From positions 3,880,607 through 3,944,606 of the forward strand of contig CBDCKW010000009.1 in the NCBI GenBank assembly GCA_965218435.1: 64,000 nt of DNA, read 5' to 3'. The translations under genes and the position numbers were made by a program. Shown here piece after piece: positions 59,659-64,000 of this stretch; position 1 is the stretch's first letter, and each line of letters starts with the position of its first letter. Origin of the DNA: Truepera sp. (GTDB taxonomy: Bacteria > Deinococcota > Deinococci > Deinococcales > Trueperaceae). Under the pieces are notes generated by a model, which worked only from the letters and a program-made list of their open reading frames with translations, searched no databases and was not told the DNA's origin.

Positions 59659-60690
59659 TTATCCGGGTAAGCCGGGGCCTCTTTTGACCGGCGCAGTAGA
59701 GCCCCGCACGACGAGCGTCGTCGGCAGGCTGATACGGGGGACGGCGGCTTCGCTCCCTTTAAGGAGTGAGAGTAAAACCCGGGTTGCGGCTGCGCCCATG
59801 TCGGCGAGCGGTTGGCGGACGGTGGTCAGCGGCGGATAGACCTGCGCGGCAGACGGAATGTCGTCAAAACCGACGACCGATACGTCGGCGGGGACGCGCA
59901 AACCGAGTTCGTGCGCCGCCGCTACCGCCCCGAACGCCGACACGTCGTTGGCAGCAAAAAGTGCGGTTGGGCGCTCAGGTAAGCGCAGAAGTTCGGTTGC
60001 GGCCTGAAAACTGCGGGGTTGATAAAAGTCGCCGGGCCGGACGAGCGCCTCGTCAAAAGGCAGACCTGCGGCTTGCAACCCCTCGCGGTAACCGCGCAAG
60101 CGCTCAGCGGCCGCGCCGGTCGCCGGGTCGCCGGTTACGAACCCGATACGGCGGTGACCGAGTTCGGCGAGGTGCGCGACCGCGCTGCGCGCACCTCCGA
60201 GATTGTCGGTGCCGACCGTCGGCAAGCGGGTGTTTGCGCCGCGGTGGTCAACAATGACGACCGGTAAAGTAAGTTGCTCGAGCATCGCTAGGTGATACTC
60301 AATCGTTTTTGGCAGCACCGTCAACAGCCCGTCGGCCAGCCCTCCGGCAGCGAGGCCGAAGAGCCGTTTGCGTTCGCGTTCCGGGTCGCGGTGCGTCGTA
60401 TAGAGCAGCAGGTCGTACCCGGAATGCTCGAGCGCGTCCCCTACGCCGCGGACAATCTCACCGACATATTCGGTGCCGATGTCGGGGACCAACATCCCGA
60501 GCACCTGCGTTTGGCCTCCCGCCAAGCGTTTGGCCTGTACGTTGGCCACATAGCCGAGGCTCTGCGCCACAGCCTGCACCCGTTCCCGGGTACGTTCAGA
60601 AACACCTGACTGATTGTTGAGCGCCCTCGAGACCGTCATCGCCGAAACCTCTGCTAAACGTGCAATATCGTGAATCGTAGGTACAGAGAT
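59659..60690 (-). CDS. LacI-family transcriptional regulator
   Basis: In-frame upstream sequence completes the HTH ([22 protein letters not shown]); [17 protein letters not shown]. Probable non-canonical ATC start. Confidence 0.9.
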   Translation of the reverse strand: MSVPTIHDIARLAEVSAMTVSRALNNQSGVSERTRERVQAVAQSLGYVANVQAKRLAGGQTQVLGMLVPDIGTEYVGEIVRGVGDALEHSGYDLLLYTTHRDPERERKRLFGLAAGGLADGLLTVLPKTIEYHLAMLEQLTLPVVIVDHRGANTRLPTVGTDNLGGARSAVAHLAELGHRRIGFVTGDPATGAAAERLRGYREGLQAAGLPFDEALVRPGDFYQPRSFQAATELLRLPERPTALFAANDVSAFGAVAAAHELGLRVPADVSVVGFDDIPSAAQVYPPLTTVRQPLADMGAAATRVLLSLLKGSEAAVPRISLPTTLVVRGSTAPVKRGPGLPG

Positions 60691-60718
60691 AGCTACGTTC
60701 CCCCCTTCTTGTTTGTTC

Positions 60719-60758
60719 GTTAGCGGTAACTTTAGCGGTAACGCTCTCTTTTTGTCAA
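60719..60758 (-). promoter_or_regulatory. sigma70 promoter overlapped by tandem LacI-type operators
   Basis: TTGACA-N18-TAAAGT; GTTAGCGGTAAC and TTTAGCGGTAAC at 60719-60742. Confidence 0.7.
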
Positions 60759-60838
60759 GCTGCCAATCACGTGATTGGTACAGTAGAAACCTCCCGAGAG
60801 CGGGCGTTTCGGCACAAAAAACTGTTTACTACACGTTT

Positions 60839-61047
60839 TTTAGTACACGACAAAAAATAGTTTTACAAGTTTGGGACGGGCTATTGATCCCTCTGAAAAG
60901 TAGCGTTTATGTCCCCAGAGACTGCTGTCTAGGACGATGTTCAAAGGGGTTTACCCGGTCATGCTCATACAGACAAACATCCTCTTCTTGGGCTTACACA
61001 ACAATCACGTTCTGGACAAGGTTGCTGAAGAATTGTCGTGTACTCAG
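60839..61047 (-). mobile_element. About 209-bp internally deleted IS4-like element (MITE)
   Basis: Inverted AGTACACGACAA/TTGTCGTGTACT; direct repeat ACACGTTT(T) at 60831 and 61048; minus-strand end reads FLSCT. Confidence 0.7.
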
Positions 61048-61377
61048 ACACGTTTTAAGGTGAGCTGCTAGCTCAGGGGCTGGGGGACACCTTAGCAGTG
61101 TAGAAGGGAGCCTATCCAAAACTTATACAAGTGAGACCTGTACAAGCTGAAACCAGGTTGTGTTGATGGTTGCTCTTATTATGCTTTAAGTACGTGAGAG
61201 ACTTTGTCTGGCGTGCCTTGAACGGGGAGCTCGAGCACCGTCCGGGAGGGCATTCAGGCCGTCTTCACCGCCTCTTGGCGGCTAAAGGTCAGACCAAATA
61301 GGCGAGATAAAAACTCAGCTGTGACAATTCTTATAGTTTTGCTGCAGTGAGCTGAGAAGGGTTGAGTGAGTACCCCG

Positions 61378-62553
61378 CTAAAAATAGTCCGAACTCGGCA
61401 TGAACGGGATACGGCCGTTGCCGAGCGAAGCCAGCGTTGCTGCTACCTCGGCGTCACCTTCTGGTTGTCCGGCTGGTTGTCCGGCTAGTTGTCCGGCCCG
61501 CCGCGCCGCTGTGCTCGAGAGTGCGCCGCTGATAAGTTGCGTCAGCGTCCCGACGGCGAGGCTCAGCGCGGGCGGCTTGCGTGAAGGGGTTACGGCGCTT
61601 CCGGTCGGGGCAAGCGTGACGTCCCACACGCCGTCGTTCCAAGCGCAAAAGGGGTCGGTGACGTGCAGCGTAAACTCTTTTTCAGTAGGGTAGGTCAGAG
61701 GCTCTAAGGCGGCTCGCAAGTCAACAATCCGCGCTTGCAACCCAGGCAGTTCGTTGGTGTGCCGAGTTTGCAGGTCGAACGCTAAAGGTTCATCGTTGGG
61801 CAAATGCAAGCTGATAAGCTCGGTCTGACCGTAAAACGAACCGAGAAAGCGGAAGAGTTCGGCGCGTCCGGCAGGCGTAGCGAAGGCGTAATCGTGGACG
61901 ATGAGGGTTTGAGTGCTTTTAGTCTGCTCGAGTTCCAGCACAGCATAGGCAGCTTGCAGCACGTAGCAAAAGCGGTTGCCGGTACGCAAAATCCGCTCCC
62001 AGGTCGGGCGCGCGGTGGGGTCTCTTGTGAGGGTAAAGGAATAGCTTTGCGCCCAGGCGTGGTAAAGGGGTGCTAAAACGCTTTTGGCGTCGCCGGTCAA
62101 CCGTTCGGCGGCCGGTGCCGGGCCGGAAAAGAGGGTTTCAGTGGGAAAGGTAACTTCAGAACCGGTCAGGACCGACGCGAACCCGTAACGCGCGTAAAAG
62201 CTGGGGTCAAAGGGATACTCGAGCGCCCACCCCACCCCGCCTTGGTGCAGCTTTTCTAAAATGTCCCGGAGCAACTCCCGAACAAAGCCGCGCCGCCGCG
62301 TCTCGGGGGCGCTCAGCACACTTGCCAAACCGCCGACCTGGACGCGCCGACCGGCCAAAAACATCTCAAAGGGATAACACACAGCGGCGCTGGTGAGTTT
62401 GCCGTCTAAAAAATGTCCGTGGGTGTAAGCGAGCCGAGCCGCGTGCCGCGCCCGCACCGCCGGGTCGGAAAAGTCCGAACGGTCTAAAAAGCTGACCTGC
62501 CGCAGCGCAAAAAGTGCGTCTAAATCGCTTTCGGTCAGCCCTCGGACGTTCAC
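61378..62553 (-). CDS. Eis-like GNAT acetyltransferase with SCP2-like C-terminal domain
   Basis: ASVLSAPETRRRG, YPF..FYARYGF, RIVDL, DPFCAWNDG. Confidence 0.88.
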   Translation of the reverse strand: MNVRGLTESDLDALFALRQVSFLDRSDFSDPAVRARHAARLAYTHGHFLDGKLTSAAVCYPFEMFLAGRRVQVGGLASVLSAPETRRRGFVRELLRDILEKLHQGGVGWALEYPFDPSFYARYGFASVLTGSEVTFPTETLFSGPAPAAERLTGDAKSVLAPLYHAWAQSYSFTLTRDPTARPTWERILRTGNRFCYVLQAAYAVLELEQTKSTQTLIVHDYAFATPAGRAELFRFLGSFYGQTELISLHLPNDEPLAFDLQTRHTNELPGLQARIVDLRAALEPLTYPTEKEFTLHVTDPFCAWNDGVWDVTLAPTGSAVTPSRKPPALSLAVGTLTQLISGALSSTAARRAGQLAGQPAGQPEGDAEVAATLASLGNGRIPFMPSSDYF

Positions 62554-63011
62554 GTATCGGAAAAGGGCAGATACATCGGCCGTTCGACGCTGGTGCGTAA
62601 GACCATCGTCGTTTCGGTGCGTTCGACGCCCTCTAAGACCCAGAGCCGGTCTAAAAATGCGTCGAGTGCTTCAGGTGTCCCGACCCGGACTTTAGCGATG
62701 TAGCCGTAAGGCCCGGCGACCGCGTGCAGCTCTTCGATTTCGGGCATCGCGCGGAGGTTTTCGACTAGGTTCGCGCCCGGATTACGCGGTTGCGGCGCAA
62801 TCGAAACGAACGCGCAGATGCCGAGCCCCAAGGCTTCGGGATGAAAGGTGGCCGCGTAGCCGGAGATCACGCCGCTCTGCTCGAGCTTGCGAATCCGCTC
62901 CCCGACCGCTGGCGCTGACAGCCCCACCTCTTTGGCCAAGGCCGCGTGCGACGCGCGTCCCTGTTCACGTAAAACTTCTAAAATGCGCCGGTCAACCGCG
63001 TCAAAATTCAC
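62550..63011 (-). CDS. Lrp/AsnC-family transcriptional regulator
   Basis: DAVDRRIL, VGLSAPAVGERIRKLE..GVISGY; leaderless TATGAT-N6-GTG. Confidence 0.93.
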   Translation of the reverse strand: MNFDAVDRRILEVLREQGRASHAALAKEVGLSAPAVGERIRKLEQSGVISGYAATFHPEALGLGICAFVSIAPQPRNPGANLVENLRAMPEIEELHAVAGPYGYIAKVRVGTPEALDAFLDRLWVLEGVERTETTMVLRTSVERPMYLPFSDT

Positions 63012-63188
63012 GCGGCTATCATAACAGCTTGGCTGCTGGGGCGCGGCTGACGTATTTTTTGAAGTTGGTAAAAATGCTCAAGAAGCGAGAACACAGCATA
63101 TAGAACACAGAAGGGAGAAAAGCCTTTTCAATCTGACTTCTTTTTACGTTTCAGCGTCCTCAACCAGCTTTTCCGGGATGACCATTTT

Positions 63189-64000
63189 TTAGACTGCTTC
63201 TTCGGGCTTCGCAGCCCCAACGATCCGGTTACGCCCCCCTTTTTTGGCGCGGTAGAGCGCCTCGTCTGCGCGTTTAAGGAGTGCCGCGCGGCCGTGCGCG
63301 TGTTCGGGGTAGGTCGCTACGCCCATAGAAACCGTAATACTGCCGAGTCCGACCCCGTGATCTGTGAGCGACAACAGCGAGACGGCTTTGCGCAGCGATT
63401 CGGCGCGGACGAGCGCGTCCTCGGCGCTGAGCCCCGGCTGCAACAGTAAAAACTCCTCGCCTCCAAAGCGGCACGCCACGTCGCCCGCACGGATATGGGT
63501 TTGCACGAGGTTACCGAGTGCCCGGAGTACGGCGTCACCGGCGTCGTGGCCGTGCAGGTCGTTGTAACGCTTGAAATGGTCCACATCAAACATCACCGCG
63601 CTGATGGGCTCGCCCCGGCGGGTGGCGCGGTGCAGCTCGAGGTCTAAAGTCTCTTCTAAATGCCGCCGGTTAAAGAGCCCGGTGAGCGGATCGCGGATAG
63701 ACTGTTGCAACAGGCTCTCGCGGAGCCGCAGGTTTGAGAGGGCGAGCGCGAGCTGTTCGGTCACGGTTTCAACAAACCGCTCGGTTGCTCCGGAGGGCGT
63801 CGCAGCAGGATCGTCGCTATAAAGGTACAAAACGCCCAAGGGCTCACCTTGCGTGATGAGCGGTGTGCAGAGGCTTTGACTCGGGGCCGGCGTCGGCGCG
63901 TGCTGGCAGACGACCCCGTGTGCGCCGCTGACAAGCTGCGTTTTGCCCCGGCGGAGCGCCCAACAGTCCGCCGGGGTATAGACCCGGTCGCCTACTTCTT
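63189..64000 (-). CDS. GAF-GGDEF diguanylate cyclase (5' end outside window)
   Basis: DPLTGLFNRR, DVDHFK, I-site RAGD, GGEEF; frame continues upstream (CWALRRG..C.H..LCTPL). Confidence 0.93.
   Translation of the reverse strand, partial: EVGDRVYTPADCWALRRGKTQLVSGAHGVVCQHAPTPAPSQSLCTPLITQGEPLGVLYLYSDDPAATPSGATERFVETVTEQLALALSNLRLRESLLQQSIRDPLTGLFNRRHLEETLDLELHRATRRGEPISAVMFDVDHFKRYNDLHGHDAGDAVLRALGNLVQTHIRAGDVACRFGGEEFLLLQPGLSAEDALVRAESLRKAVSLLSLTDHGVGLGSITVSMGVATYPEHAHGRAALLKRADEALYRAKKGGRNRIVGAAKPEEAV

Noticed and set aside
60713..61063. 116-aa plus-strand ORF
   Set aside because: Spans the promoter, operators and MITE; the composition is not protein-like.

Overview
Bacterial chromosomal window, most likely Deinococcota (Trueperaceae-like). 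This is inferred from many leaderless genes with TANNNT 5-7 nt before the start codon, heavy CTCGAG usage, and Deinococcus/Thermus-type proteins; no database search was possible. Housekeeping content includes efp-accB-accC, nusB-folD, dxr-rseP, trmH, uvsE, cfa, eda-kdgK, SRP RNA and four tRNAs. Accessory content has four main parts. (1) A redox module (membrane-anchored sulfite-oxidase-family molybdoenzyme, redoxin, DsbD-N-like protein) lies next to a two-component system whose probable operator (GTGAY-N6-GTGAT-N10-[-10]) recurs at three promoters. (2) A Type II C5 restriction-modification cassette sits right after ffs. (3) A fused nuclease/N6-methylase plus HsdS-like system has its specificity gene split by an IS5-like element. 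(4) The most striking feature is a 13-kb LacI-led cluster of six co-oriented lipoproteins (GH81, astacin protease, two GH18, GH64, GH55) built from shuffled beta/gamma-crystallin modules, which looks like a surface-anchored fungal-cell-wall lysis system. The window also holds an ISAs1 pseudogene, a MITE, two IS4-like relics, an unannotated small membrane ORF and a probable AUC start codon.
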